Below are positions 1 to 9,003 of a stretch of DNA of 64,000 nucleotides, one piece after another. The position numbers and the translations under genes were made by a program. Position 1 is the stretch's first letter; every line of letters starts with the position of its first letter. Under the pieces are notes generated by a model that was given only the letters and a program-made list of their open reading frames with translations, did not search any database and had not been told where the DNA came from. Source of the DNA: Dehalococcoidia bacterium (GTDB lineage: Bacteria > Chloroflexota > Dehalococcoidia > SM23-28-2 > HRBIN24); NCBI GenBank assembly GCA_035574155.1, contig DATLZD010000045.1, forward strand, positions 741 through 64,740. The letters are read 5' to 3'.

Positions 1-222
1 GACTTCGTCTGGCGCCGCGCCCGCTTCCTGGGCGTCAGGGGTTACGTGCGCAACCTGCCCGACGGACAATCGGTAGAGGTGGTGGCCGAGGGCGAGCGGG
101 AAGCGCTGGAGCAGCTGCTGGAATACCTGCGGGAGGGTCCCCGGGCTGCCCGCGTCGACGCCGTGGAGGTGGAGTGGGCCCAGCCCAGCGGCCGCTACCG
201 CGACTTCGCCATCGCCCTCTGA
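1..222 (+). CDS. acyP: acylphosphatase, partial (5' end outside the window)
   Basis: Frame 1 reads ...VRGYVRNLPDGQSVEVVAEGEREALEQLLEYLREGPRAARVDAVEVEWAQPSGRYRDFAI, a typical acylphosphatase C-terminus. Stop TGA at 220-222. Confidence 0.7.
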   Translation, partial: DFVWRRARFLGVRGYVRNLPDGQSVEVVAEGEREALEQLLEYLREGPRAARVDAVEVEWAQPSGRYRDFAIAL

Positions 223-225
223 GCG

Positions 226-420
226 CTATTTGGGCGCGGGATGCCCCCGCCGCAGCGTCAACTTCACCTCGCGGGCGTTCTCGCCGCCCTTCAGCGCCCC
301 CACCAGGCCAAAGACCGTCGAGGCGATGATCTGGCGGACGAAGGGGGCCAACGGCAGCTGACGGCCGTCCACCGTCAGCTCCACCTCGTAGTCGTTGGCC
401 TCTTCCCCTGACATCTCCAC
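226..420 (-). CDS. small hypothetical protein (64 aa) immediately downstream of moeA
   Basis: ORF on the same strand as moeA with a 2-nt gap. GC3-rich codons. No recognisable family. Confidence 0.35.
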   Translation of the reverse strand: MEMSGEEANDYEVELTVDGRQLPLAPFVRQIIASTVFGLVGALKGGENAREVKLTLRRGHPAPK

Positions 421-421
421 C

Positions 422-1744
422 TCAGGGAAAACGCGGCTCCTGGGCCAGGAAGCCCGGCTCGGTGCCCCACTCCTCGCCGTGGCTCCAGTCCAGCATGATG
501 ACCTCGATCTCCTCGCCAGGCTCCACCACCCGCTTCTGGGGCGGGATGGCAGTGACGGCGTTGGCGAAGACCATGGACGTCAGGATGCCGGAGCCTTGCG
601 GCCCCGTGAGGCGGGCATAGTAGCGACCGTCGCGGCGGGTCACCACGCAGCGGGCGAAAAAGACGCGGTCGTCGGTGCGGGTGTCAATGCGCTCCTCGGC
701 GATGGCCGTGACCGTTGGCCGCGACCAGTCCCGCTTGCCCATCATCTTGAAGATGGCGGGACGGCCGAACAGCTCGAAGGAAAGCAGGGCGCTCACGGGG
801 TTGCCCGGCAGTCCCAGATGGGGCACCCGCCGCTCGGCGCGATAGAAGCACCCGAAGGCGAGGGGCTTGCCGGGCTTCATGGCCACCGTCCAGAAGTCCA
901 CCTCCCCCTCCTGGGCCAAGACCTCCTTCACCACGTCGTAATACCCGCGGGAGACGCCGGCCGAGGTGACCACCATGTCGGCGTCCAGGGCACGCTGCAG
1001 CTTGGCCCGCAGGGCCCGTACCGTGTCCCGGGCGATGCCCAGCAGCCGCGGAATGCCGCCATAGCGCAGGACGAGGGCAGCCAGCCCATAGGCATTGCTG
1101 TCGTAGATCTTGTCGTCGGCCTTGGGACGGCCGGGCGGCACCAGCTCGTCGCCGGTGGAGATGATGGCCACCACCGGCCGGCGCACCACCCTGACCGTGG
1201 ACCGCCCCAGGGCGGCCAGAACGGCGATATCGGGCGGGCGTAGGACCGAGCCGGCCTTGAGCACTCGCTGTCCCCGGGCAACGTCCTCCCCCGCACGACG
1301 GATGTTGGCCCCAGGGGAGGCCTCGCGGAAGATACGAACCCTCTTCTGCCCACGGCGCAGGCGCCGGGCACCCTCGGGCGGGGCCTCGAAGGGCTCGTCG
1401 GTGTCCTCGAAGGGGACCACCGCATCGGCGCCGGCGGGAATGGGCGCGCCGGTCATGATGCGGACCGCTGTGCCCGGCGCCACCTCCCCGGGGAAGACGT
1501 AGCCCGCCGCCACCTCACCGATGACCCGCAGCTCCACAGGGCGCCCGGGGGAGGCGCCGCGTGTGTCCTGGGCGCGGACGGCGTAGCCGTCCATGGCCGT
1601 GTTGTCCCTGGGTGGGATGTCGAAGGGTGAATGGACATCCTCTGCCAGAACCTGCCCCAGCGCCCGCAAGAGGGTTTGCTCTTCAGGCTCGAGGACGTCC
1701 ACGTAGCTGAGGATGCGTTCCAGCGCCTCCTGGATGCTGATCAT
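422..1744 (-). CDS. moeA: molybdopterin molybdenumtransferase MoeA
   Basis: N-terminus MISIQEALERILSYV..., MoeA-type domains and the motif ISTGDELV. Start chosen at the internal ATG (MISIQEA). Confidence 0.85.
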   Translation of the reverse strand: MISIQEALERILSYVDVLEPEEQTLLRALGQVLAEDVHSPFDIPPRDNTAMDGYAVRAQDTRGASPGRPVELRVIGEVAAGYVFPGEVAPGTAVRIMTGAPIPAGADAVVPFEDTDEPFEAPPEGARRLRRGQKRVRIFREASPGANIRRAGEDVARGQRVLKAGSVLRPPDIAVLAALGRSTVRVVRRPVVAIISTGDELVPPGRPKADDKIYDSNAYGLAALVLRYGGIPRLLGIARDTVRALRAKLQRALDADMVVTSAGVSRGYYDVVKEVLAQEGEVDFWTVAMKPGKPLAFGCFYRAERRVPHLGLPGNPVSALLSFELFGRPAIFKMMGKRDWSRPTVTAIAEERIDTRTDDRVFFARCVVTRRDGRYYARLTGPQGSGILTSMVFANAVTAIPPQKRVVEPGEEIEVIMLDWSHGEEWGTEPGFLAQEPRFP

Positions 1745-1799
1745 GGCCCAGGCACAACGGTGACGTCGCCACCATTGTAGCACCGGGCGGACGCTGGCC

Positions 1800-2051
1800 C
1801 TAGCTCAGGCGGACCACTAGGCAGGTGGTGGTGCGCTGGACGCCGTCCACCTGCTGTATGCCCTCGGTGACCACCCGTCCCAACTTGTCCAGGTCATCGG
1901 CCTCCAGCAGGGCGATGACATCGTAAGGGCCAGTGACGGCGTCCACGGCGACGACGCGGGCATCGGCCGAGGACAGCCTCTGGACGCCCTCGGCCACCCC
2001 CTTGGCCTTGCCGACGGCCGCCTCGATGAGGACGTAGGCGCGCATGGCCAT
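1800..2051 (-). CDS. stand-alone Lrp/AsnC ligand-binding (RAM) domain protein
   Basis: 83 aa, MRAYVLIEAAVGK...VVAVDAVTGPYDVIALLEADDLDKLGRVV...TTT..VV, the typical AsnC C-terminal-domain pattern. Sits directly upstream of moeA. Confidence 0.6.
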   Translation of the reverse strand: MAMRAYVLIEAAVGKAKGVAEGVQRLSSADARVVAVDAVTGPYDVIALLEADDLDKLGRVVTEGIQQVDGVQRTTTCLVVRLS

Positions 2052-2178
2052 GGACGGTCCCTCCTGCGGCGAAGGTTCCGGTCGCCGTCATCATAGCGCC
2101 GCCGCCGGAGGTGTCAAGGCGCTCCTCCCCGGGGCCTTGTTGACCCTAGACCGCCCCGACCCCATACTGGGTGCCGCG

Positions 2179-3225
2179 ATGCCCTCCCTGACCGACTCCC
2201 TGGACGAGCTGGAGCGGCAGGCCCGGGACGCCCTGGCCACCGCCACCGACCTGGAGGCCCTGGACACCTGGCGCCTCACCTATCTGGGCCGGCGTGGCCG
2301 TCTGCGGGAGGTGACCAAAAGCCTGCCCTCGCTGCCACCAGAGGAGCGGCGCCGAGTGGGGGCAGTCGCCAACCGCGTTCTGGAGGCCCTGGAAGCCGCC
2401 TACCAGGAGCGACGCCGCCAGCTGGAGCAGGAGGTCCTGGCCCGCAAGCTGGCCCAGGCCGCCCTGGACGTGAGCCTGCCCGGCCGTCCCCTGCCCAGGG
2501 GCCGCCTACATCCCGTCACCCAGACCCTGCGGGACGTGCTCTCGGCCTTCGTGGCCCTGGGCTTCCAGGTGGTGGAGGGCCCTGAGGTGGAGTGGGACTA
2601 TTACAACTTCGAGGCCCTACTCATTCCCAAGGACCACCCCGCCCGCGACCTCTGGGCGACCCTCTGGATCGACTACCGCCGCGACGGCGAAATGCCGATG
2701 CTCCTGCGGACCCACACCTCGCCCAACCAGGTGCGCTACATGGAGAAGCACCGGCCACCCATACGCATCGTCTCGCCGGGCCGCTGCTACCGCTACGAGG
2801 CCACCGACCCCACCCACGAGTGGATGCTCACCCAGGTCGAGGTCCTGGCGGTGGACGAGGGCATCTCCATGGCCGACCTGAAGGGGACCCTGGCCGAGGT
2901 GGCCCGCCGCCTCTTCGGGACGGAGCGCCGCGTACGCTTCCGCTGCGAGTATTACCCCTTCGTGGAGCCAGGGATGGACGTCCTCATCGACTGCTTCCAG
3001 TGCCGGGGCGAGGGCTGCCGCACCTGCGGCCAGTCGGGCTGGATCGAGATCCTGGGGTCGGGAATGGTCCACCCGCAGATCCTGGCCAACGTGGGCTACG
3101 ACCCTGAGCGCTACACCGGCTTCGCGGCCGGACTGGGCATCGAGCGCATCGCCATGCTGCGCTACGGCATCGACGACATCCGCCTCTTCTACCAGAACGA
3201 CCTGCGCTTCCTGGAACAGTTCTGA
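2179..3225 (+). CDS. pheS: phenylalanine--tRNA ligase alpha subunit
   Basis: LDELERQARDAL...LTYLGRRGRL...EERRRVGAVANRVLEA and a class II catalytic core (FRCEYYPFVEPGMDV). Start set at MPSLTDS; the ORF opens further upstream. Confidence 0.9.
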   Translation: MPSLTDSLDELERQARDALATATDLEALDTWRLTYLGRRGRLREVTKSLPSLPPEERRRVGAVANRVLEALEAAYQERRRQLEQEVLARKLAQAALDVSLPGRPLPRGRLHPVTQTLRDVLSAFVALGFQVVEGPEVEWDYYNFEALLIPKDHPARDLWATLWIDYRRDGEMPMLLRTHTSPNQVRYMEKHRPPIRIVSPGRCYRYEATDPTHEWMLTQVEVLAVDEGISMADLKGTLAEVARRLFGTERRVRFRCEYYPFVEPGMDVLIDCFQCRGEGCRTCGQSGWIEILGSGMVHPQILANVGYDPERYTGFAAGLGIERIAMLRYGIDDIRLFYQNDLRFLEQF

Positions 3226-3241
3226 GGCGAAGGAGCCGAAG

Positions 3242-5641
3242 ATGCGGGTGCCCCTGTCGTGGCTGTCGGACTATGTTGACATAACAGTCGACGTCGAGGA
3301 GCTGGCCCGCCGCCTCACCGATGCCGGTCTCGAGGTGGCCGAGGTCGACCGACGGGGCGACTGGCACAATGTCTTCGTGGGGCAGGTGGTGGAGCTGCGC
3401 CCCCATCCCAATGCCGACCGGCTGGTGCTGGCCACCGTGGACCTGGGGAGCGAGCGCCAGACGGTGGTCTGCGGGGCACCCAACGTGGCCGTGGGCCAGA
3501 AGGTCCCCTTCGCCAAGGAGGGGGCAGTCCTCATAGACCCCCGCACCCGCCAGCCCACGCCCCTGCGCCGCGCCGTCATCCGCGGCGTCGAGTCGGCGGG
3601 CATGATCTGCTCGGAGCTGGAGCTGGGCCTCTCGGACGACCACAGCGGCATCATGGTCTTGCCCGAGGACGCCCCCGTCGGCGTCCCCCTCTCCTCCTAC
3701 CTGGGCGATACGGTGCTGGAACTGGAGATACGGCCCAACCGTCCCGACGCCCTGTCAGTGCTGGGCATCGCCCGCGAGGTTGCTGCCCTGACGGGCACCC
3801 AGGTCCGGGAGCCGCCCCTGGAATACGAGGCCACAGGCCCGCCCATCACCAGGTCCGCCTCGGTGCGGGTGGAGGCCCCCGACCTGTGCCCGCGCTACGT
3901 GGCAGCGGTGGTGACGGGTGTGCGCATCGGCCCCTCCCCCGACTGGATGCAGCGACGCCTGGAAGCGGCCGGTCTGAGGCCCATCAACAATGTGGTCGAC
4001 ATAACGAACTACGTCATGCTGGAGATGGGCCAGCCCCTGCACGCCTTCGACCTGCACAAGCTGGAGGGGAGGTGCATCGTCGTCCGGCGTGCCCGCCAAG
4101 GGGAGACCTTGAAGCTGCTGGACGGCAGCGAGGCCCAGCTCCACCCCCACATGCTGGTCATCGCCGACGCGGAGCGCCCGGTGGCGGTGGCCGGGGTGAT
4201 GGGCGGCGCCAACTCGGAGGTGGACGAGGGCACCACGGCTGTGCTGCTGGAGTCGGCCACCTTTTTCGGCCCCAGCATCCGCCGCACGGCCCAGGCCCTC
4301 AAGCTACGGACCGAGGCCTCCCTGCGCTTCGAGAAGGGCCTCAGCCCCTTCCTGCCCATCCACGCCGCCCGCCGGGCCGTCCGGCTGATGGTCGAGCTCT
4401 GCGACGGCAAGGCTGCCCGCGGCCTCATCGACATCTTTCCCGGACGCCGCCGACCGCCGACGGTCTGCCTGACAGCCGAGCGCCTGCGGCGGGTCTTGGG
4501 AATGGAGGTGCCTCGAGAGGAGGTGGAGCGAGCCCTTGGCGCCCTGGGCTTCCGGGTCGGCTGGCGGCGGCCCGCCACCTATGTAGTCACGCCGCCCTAT
4601 TGGCGCACCGACGTGCGCATCGCCGACGACGTGGCGGAAGAGGTGGCCCGGGTGGTGGGCTACGACCGCATCCCCTCAGTCCTGCGGGCGCCCTCGCTCC
4701 CGCCTGCCGAACGGGACCCCTTGAGGGAGCTGCGGGAGCGGGTCCGGGACGCCCTGGCCCAGGCCGGGATGCAGGAGGTTATCACCTACCCTCTCAGCGA
4801 CCGTGAGACCCTGGCCCGGGCCCTGTCGCCCGAAGAGGTGGAGGCCCATCCGCCGCTGCGGGTGGCCAACCCCATGAGCCGCGAACTGGAGTTCCTCCGC
4901 ACCACCTTGCGGGCGGGGCTGCTGCGGGCCTTGGCCCGCAACCAGCGCTCGCGCCCGGGCCTGGTGGCCCTGTTCGAGGTGGGACGCGTTTTCCTGCCCA
5001 GACCGGACGACCTGCCCCACGAGGTGGAGATGGCTGCCGGCACCGTTGCCGGCCCGAAGCCTGACCGCTGGGGACTGCCCCGCAGCGAGCCGGCCGACTT
5101 CTTCGACGCCAAGGGTATGCTGGAGGCGGCCCTGGCGTCCCTGGGCATAGGGGCCGAGTTCACGCCGGCCCACCACCCCGTCTTCCTGGCCGGCAGAACT
5201 GCCGCCGTTAAGGTGGGCGGACAACAGGTGGGACTGCTGGGCCAGGTCCATCCGGAGGTCGCCCGGGCCTTCGAGGTGGAGGGCGACGCCTTCCTGTTCG
5301 AGCTGGACCTGGAGCGCTTGCTGCCCCACATGCCGACAGGACGACGTTACCAGCCCATCTCCCGCTTTCCGCCCGTGCGGGAGGACCTGGCGGTGGTAGT
5401 GGATTCCGAGATGCCGGCAGGGGCGGTGCGAGCCCTCATAGAGTCATCGCCGCTGGTGGCCAGGGCCGAGCTGTTCGATATCTACACGGGGCCACCGGTC
5501 CCAGAGGGGAAAAAGTCGTTGGCCTTCGCCATCACCTATCAGGCGCTGGACCACACCCCCAGCGACGAAGAGGTGGCCCGGGAACGGCGCCGAATCGTGG
5601 CCCGACTGGAGCGGGAGCTGGGAGCGTCCCTGCGCGGCTAG
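3242..5641 (+). CDS. pheT: phenylalanine--tRNA ligase beta subunit
   Basis: 799 aa with [14 protein letters not shown]..., the B3/B4 and B5 domains, and the C-terminal FDIYTG...SLAF motif. Follows pheS by 16 nt. Confidence 0.9.
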   Translation: MRVPLSWLSDYVDITVDVEELARRLTDAGLEVAEVDRRGDWHNVFVGQVVELRPHPNADRLVLATVDLGSERQTVVCGAPNVAVGQKVPFAKEGAVLIDPRTRQPTPLRRAVIRGVESAGMICSELELGLSDDHSGIMVLPEDAPVGVPLSSYLGDTVLELEIRPNRPDALSVLGIAREVAALTGTQVREPPLEYEATGPPITRSASVRVEAPDLCPRYVAAVVTGVRIGPSPDWMQRRLEAAGLRPINNVVDITNYVMLEMGQPLHAFDLHKLEGRCIVVRRARQGETLKLLDGSEAQLHPHMLVIADAERPVAVAGVMGGANSEVDEGTTAVLLESATFFGPSIRRTAQALKLRTEASLRFEKGLSPFLPIHAARRAVRLMVELCDGKAARGLIDIFPGRRRPPTVCLTAERLRRVLGMEVPREEVERALGALGFRVGWRRPATYVVTPPYWRTDVRIADDVAEEVARVVGYDRIPSVLRAPSLPPAERDPLRELRERVRDALAQAGMQEVITYPLSDRETLARALSPEEVEAHPPLRVANPMSRELEFLRTTLRAGLLRALARNQRSRPGLVALFEVGRVFLPRPDDLPHEVEMAAGTVAGPKPDRWGLPRSEPADFFDAKGMLEAALASLGIGAEFTPAHHPVFLAGRTAAVKVGGQQVGLLGQVHPEVARAFEVEGDAFLFELDLERLLPHMPTGRRYQPISRFPPVREDLAVVVDSEMPAGAVRALIESSPLVARAELFDIYTGPPVPEGKKSLAFAITYQALDHTPSDEEVARERRRIVARLERELGASLRG

Positions 5642-6003
5642 CCGGCGCTGGCCAGGGCCTCCTTGGCCTTGGCCACCAGCCCAGCGAAGGTCTCGGGCTC
5701 GCGCACGGCCAGATCGGCCAGGACCTTGCGGTCCAGCTCGATGCCTGCCCGCTTCAGGCCGTCCACCAGCCGACTGTAGGAGAGGCCATGGAGGCGGGCG
5801 GCGGCATTTATGCGGGCGATCCACAGGCGGCGGAACTGGCCCTTGCGGTCGCGTCGGTGCTCGTAGGCGTAGTAGAGGGCATGGATGAGGGACTCGTGGG
5901 CACGGCGGTAGGAGCGGTGACGTGCCCCTACATGCCCCTTGACCTGGGCCAGCACTTTCTTGTGCCGGCGGCGCTTGTTGGTCCCCCTCTTCACCCTGGC
6001 CAC
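5638..6003 (-). CDS. rplT: 50S ribosomal protein L20
   Basis: [23 protein letters not shown]... Confidence 0.95.
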   Translation of the reverse strand: MARVKRGTNKRRRHKKVLAQVKGHVGARHRSYRRAHESLIHALYYAYEHRRDRKGQFRRLWIARINAAARLHGLSYSRLVDGLKRAGIELDRKVLADLAVREPETFAGLVAKAKEALASAG

Positions 6004-6023
6004 GGCGGTTCTTACCTCCCGGA

Positions 6024-6239
6024 CTACTGCGAGTAGGGCAGGAGCCGACGCAGGCGCGGCGCGTCGGCCTCGGACACCGGCAGCTTCTGCGACGCCTGAC
6101 GCAACGTAGCAGGCCGCTTCTTGCGGTGCAGGTGGCTCACGTGTCCCTTGCGCCGCAGTAGCTTGCCGCTGCCCGTGACGTGGAAGCGGTCCTTGGCGCC
6201 CGAGTGGCTCTTGAGCTTATACTTCTTCGGCTTGGGCAA
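6024..6239 (-). CDS. rpmI: 50S ribosomal protein L35
   Basis: [36 protein letters not shown]... The 5' end overlaps the end of infC by 23 nt. Confidence 0.9.
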   Translation of the reverse strand: MPKPKKYKLKSHSGAKDRFHVTGSGKLLRRKGHVSHLHRKKRPATLRQASQKLPVSEADAPRLRRLLPYSQ

Positions 6240-6804
6240 GGCTCTTCTCCACCTCTCGTTTGGCGGATGCGGCCGCCGCCTTGGGGGCTCCCTTACGCCC
6301 CGGCGCCACTATCATGCTGAGGAACTGGCCCTCCATCACCGGCTCCCGCTCCACCACCCCGATGCCGTCCAGGGCCTCCCTCACCTTCCTCAGCACCTCG
6401 TGGCCGCGCTCGGGATGGTCCATCTCGCGGCCCCGACGGAAGCGGACGGCTACCCGCACCTTGTCCCCGCCCTCCAACAGGCGGGCGACGATCTTGATCT
6501 TGAACTCCAGGTCGTGCTGGCCGATGTTGGGCCGCAGCCTGACCTCGTGCAGCTCGCCGCCCTTATGATGGCGGCGGGACTCGCGTTCCTTCTTCTCCTG
6601 CTGGTACTTCCACTTACCGTAGTCCAGTATGCGGCATACGGGTGGGTTACCGCTAGGGTCTACCTCTACCAGGTCCAGGCCCGCTTCCCTAGCCATAGCC
6701 AGGGCCTTGGCCAGGGGGACGACCCCTTGGTTGCGGCCGTTCTGGTCTATCAGGCGGACCTCCCTGGCCCGTATCCGCTCGTTGATCGGCAGCTCCTTCC
6801 GTAT
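6217..6804 (-). CDS. infC: translation initiation factor IF-3, apparently with a non-canonical AUA start
   Basis: ...INERIRAREVRLIDQNGRNQGVVPLAKALAMAREAGLDLVEVDPSGNPPVCRILDYGK... The reading frame opens just after an in-frame TAA. No ATG/GTG/TTG lies upstream of the conserved INERIRA region. An ATA sits 8 nt after GGAAGGGGGA. Confidence 0.8.
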   Translation of the reverse strand: MRKELPINERIRAREVRLIDQNGRNQGVVPLAKALAMAREAGLDLVEVDPSGNPPVCRILDYGKWKYQQEKKERESRRHHKGGELHEVRLRPNIGQHDLEFKIKIVARLLEGGDKVRVAVRFRRGREMDHPERGHEVLRKVREALDGIGVVEREPVMEGQFLSMIVAPGRKGAPKAAAASAKREVEKSLAQAEEV

Positions 6805-6870
6805 AGCCTCTGTCCCCCTTCCCGAGCTTTATCGGCCCGAACTATAGCACATGGGCGGACGATTTACAAG

Positions 6871-7401
6871 CTAGGCCAGCAGCAGCAGGGCCTGGCCCGG
6901 CTCCACCCGGCGCCCAGGCTCCACGTAGACCTCGCGGACGGTGCCGCCGTGCTGGGCCCTCAGCTCGTTGTTCATCTTCATGGACTCTATTACCAGCAAC
7001 ACGTCGCCCTCGTGCACCGTCTGACCGGGGACCACCTGGACCTCCTGGACGACGCCGCTCATGGGCGACACCACCATCCAGCCGCCGTCGGCCGCGGGCT
7101 GCCAGCCCTCGACCTCCACTTGGGGCAGCGGCGGACGCCCGCTGCGGGCCGTCTGGACGTGGACGGCATACCTGCGGAAGCCGATGGTGACCTCGTAGCC
7201 GCCGGCGCGGGGCTCCGCGTAGGCCTCGTAGGGGTGGCCATCCACCTCCAGCAGGTAAAGGGGCTGGGACCCCACCCCCACCTGCTCCAGGCGGACCGTC
7301 TGCCAACGGCCGTCCAGGGCGGCCCGTAGCCCTTCCGGCCCCTCCTCCACCTCCACCTCGTAGATGTCGCGGCCGAGGCGGACTAGGTATTTCTCCGCCA
7401 A
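6871..7401 (-). CDS. accB: biotin carboxyl carrier protein (biotinyl-domain protein)
   Basis: C-terminal biotinyl domain with ESMKMNNEL. Overlaps the end of accC by 19 nt. Confidence 0.75.
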   Translation of the reverse strand: MAEKYLVRLGRDIYEVEVEEGPEGLRAALDGRWQTVRLEQVGVGSQPLYLLEVDGHPYEAYAEPRAGGYEVTIGFRRYAVHVQTARSGRPPLPQVEVEGWQPAADGGWMVVSPMSGVVQEVQVVPGQTVHEGDVLLVIESMKMNNELRAQHGGTVREVYVEPGRRVEPGQALLLLA

Positions 7402-8912
7402 AGGCTTCTCTCCCCCACTAGGCGAGGGCTGCTACGGGCCTGGGCCAGGCGCCAGCCCAGCCGCCAGCCACTGCCCAATCCCGCGGCGAGGGGCCGCGGT
7501 CCGGACCGACGGCCGTGGGCCAGCAGGGCTGCCAGCAAAACGGCGGCCCGTTCCTCCTCACCACGCTCAGCCCTCGGCCGGTAGTGCTTCTCCACGTAGC
7601 GGGTGTCCAGCCGTCCCGCGACGAAGCGGGGGTCCTCCAGCACCTGCAGGTGGAAAGGGATATTGGTGCTGATGCCCACGATCTTGAACTCCCTCAGCGC
7701 CCGCCGCATACGGGCGATGGCCTGTCGACGGTCACGGCCCCAGGTCACCAGCTTGGCTATGAGGGGGTCGTAGTAGTATGTGACCTCCATGCCGTCGTAA
7801 AGGGCGCTGTCCACCCGCACGCCCGGTCCGCCGGGCACGCTGACGTAGGTGATGGTGCCCACCGAGGGCAGGAAGTTCTGAAAGGGGTCCTCGGCGGTGA
7901 TGCGGCATTCGATGGCCCAGCCCCGCAGACGAATGTCCTCTTGGCGATAGGGCAAACGCTCGCCCGCTGCTACCAGGATCTGGTCGGCCACCAGGTCCAC
8001 CCCCGTGACCATCTCCGTCACGGGATGCTCCACCTGCAGGCGGGTGTTCATCTCCAGGAAGTTGATGTTGCCGTCCTGGTCGAGCAGGAACTCCAGGGTG
8101 CCCACGCTGCGGTAGCCCACGAAGGCCACGGCACGGCGGGCAAGCTCCATGAGCCGTTGCCGCAGGTCGTCGTCCACGGCCGTGGAGGGGGCCTCCTCGA
8201 TGATCTTCTGGTGGCGGCGCTGGATAGAGCACTCGCGCTCTCCCAGGACCACCACGTTGCCGTGGTGGTCGGCGATGACCTGGACCTCAATGTGGCGCAC
8301 CGGCTCCAGGTACTTCTCCAGGTATACGACGCCGCTGCCGAAGGCGGAGGCCGCCTCGCGACGCGCCCGCTCCAGGGCCGCCGGTAGCTCCTCCGCCCGG
8401 AACACGGTGCGCATCCCCCGGCCACCACCGCCGGCCGCTGCCTTCACCAGGATGGGGAAGCCTATACGGGTGGCCACCTCCTCGATCTCCTCGTGCCCCG
8501 ACAGCTCCTGAGTGCCGGGCACCACCGGCACGCCTGCTTCCTGCATGAGCTGCCTCGCTCGCAGCTTGTCACCCATGGAGCGAATGACCTGCGGCGACGG
8601 CCCCACGAACGTAATGCCGTTGTCCTGACAGGCCTGGGCGAAGTCGGCGTTCTCGGCCAGAAAGCCGTAGCCCGGGTGGACGGCGTCCACCTTGGCCTTC
8701 TTGGCCACCTCGATGATGCGAGCGATGTTGAGGTAGCTCTCGCGGGCCGGGGGCGGGCCGATGCAATAGGCCTCGTCGGCGTGGCGGACGTGCAGGTCGT
8801 TGCGGTCAGCCTCAGAATACACGGCCACGGCGCGGATGCCCAGGTCGCGGCAGGCCCGCACCACGCGCAGGGCTATCTCGCCCCTATTGGCCACCAGGAG
8901 CTTACGGAACAT
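7383..8912 (-). CDS. accC: biotin carboxylase (acetyl-CoA carboxylase subunit) with a C-terminal extension of about 60 aa
   Basis: MFRKLLVANRGEIALRVVRACRDLGI..., ATP-grasp motifs (GGGGRGMR) and the BC C-terminal domain. Confidence 0.9.
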   Translation of the reverse strand: MFRKLLVANRGEIALRVVRACRDLGIRAVAVYSEADRNDLHVRHADEAYCIGPPPARESYLNIARIIEVAKKAKVDAVHPGYGFLAENADFAQACQDNGITFVGPSPQVIRSMGDKLRARQLMQEAGVPVVPGTQELSGHEEIEEVATRIGFPILVKAAAGGGGRGMRTVFRAEELPAALERARREAASAFGSGVVYLEKYLEPVRHIEVQVIADHHGNVVVLGERECSIQRRHQKIIEEAPSTAVDDDLRQRLMELARRAVAFVGYRSVGTLEFLLDQDGNINFLEMNTRLQVEHPVTEMVTGVDLVADQILVAAGERLPYRQEDIRLRGWAIECRITAEDPFQNFLPSVGTITYVSVPGGPGVRVDSALYDGMEVTYYYDPLIAKLVTWGRDRRQAIARMRRALREFKIVGISTNIPFHLQVLEDPRFVAGRLDTRYVEKHYRPRAERGEEERAAVLLAALLAHGRRSGPRPLAAGLGSGWRLGWRLAQARSSPRLVGERSLWRRNT

Positions 8913-9003
8913 GCAGTCCTTCTATTCGCCTCCTTAGTTTGTCCTATAAAGGGGCGCATGGCAAGGGGCCAGCCAAGGGCCAGCGGGCTGAACATCGGCG
9001 CCG

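Noticed and set aside
395-1243. 282-aa ORF on the plus strand
   Set aside because: It lies entirely antisense to the well-supported moeA gene. The product is Gly/Ala/Pro/Arg-rich low-complexity sequence, typical of spurious open frames in about 70% GC DNA.
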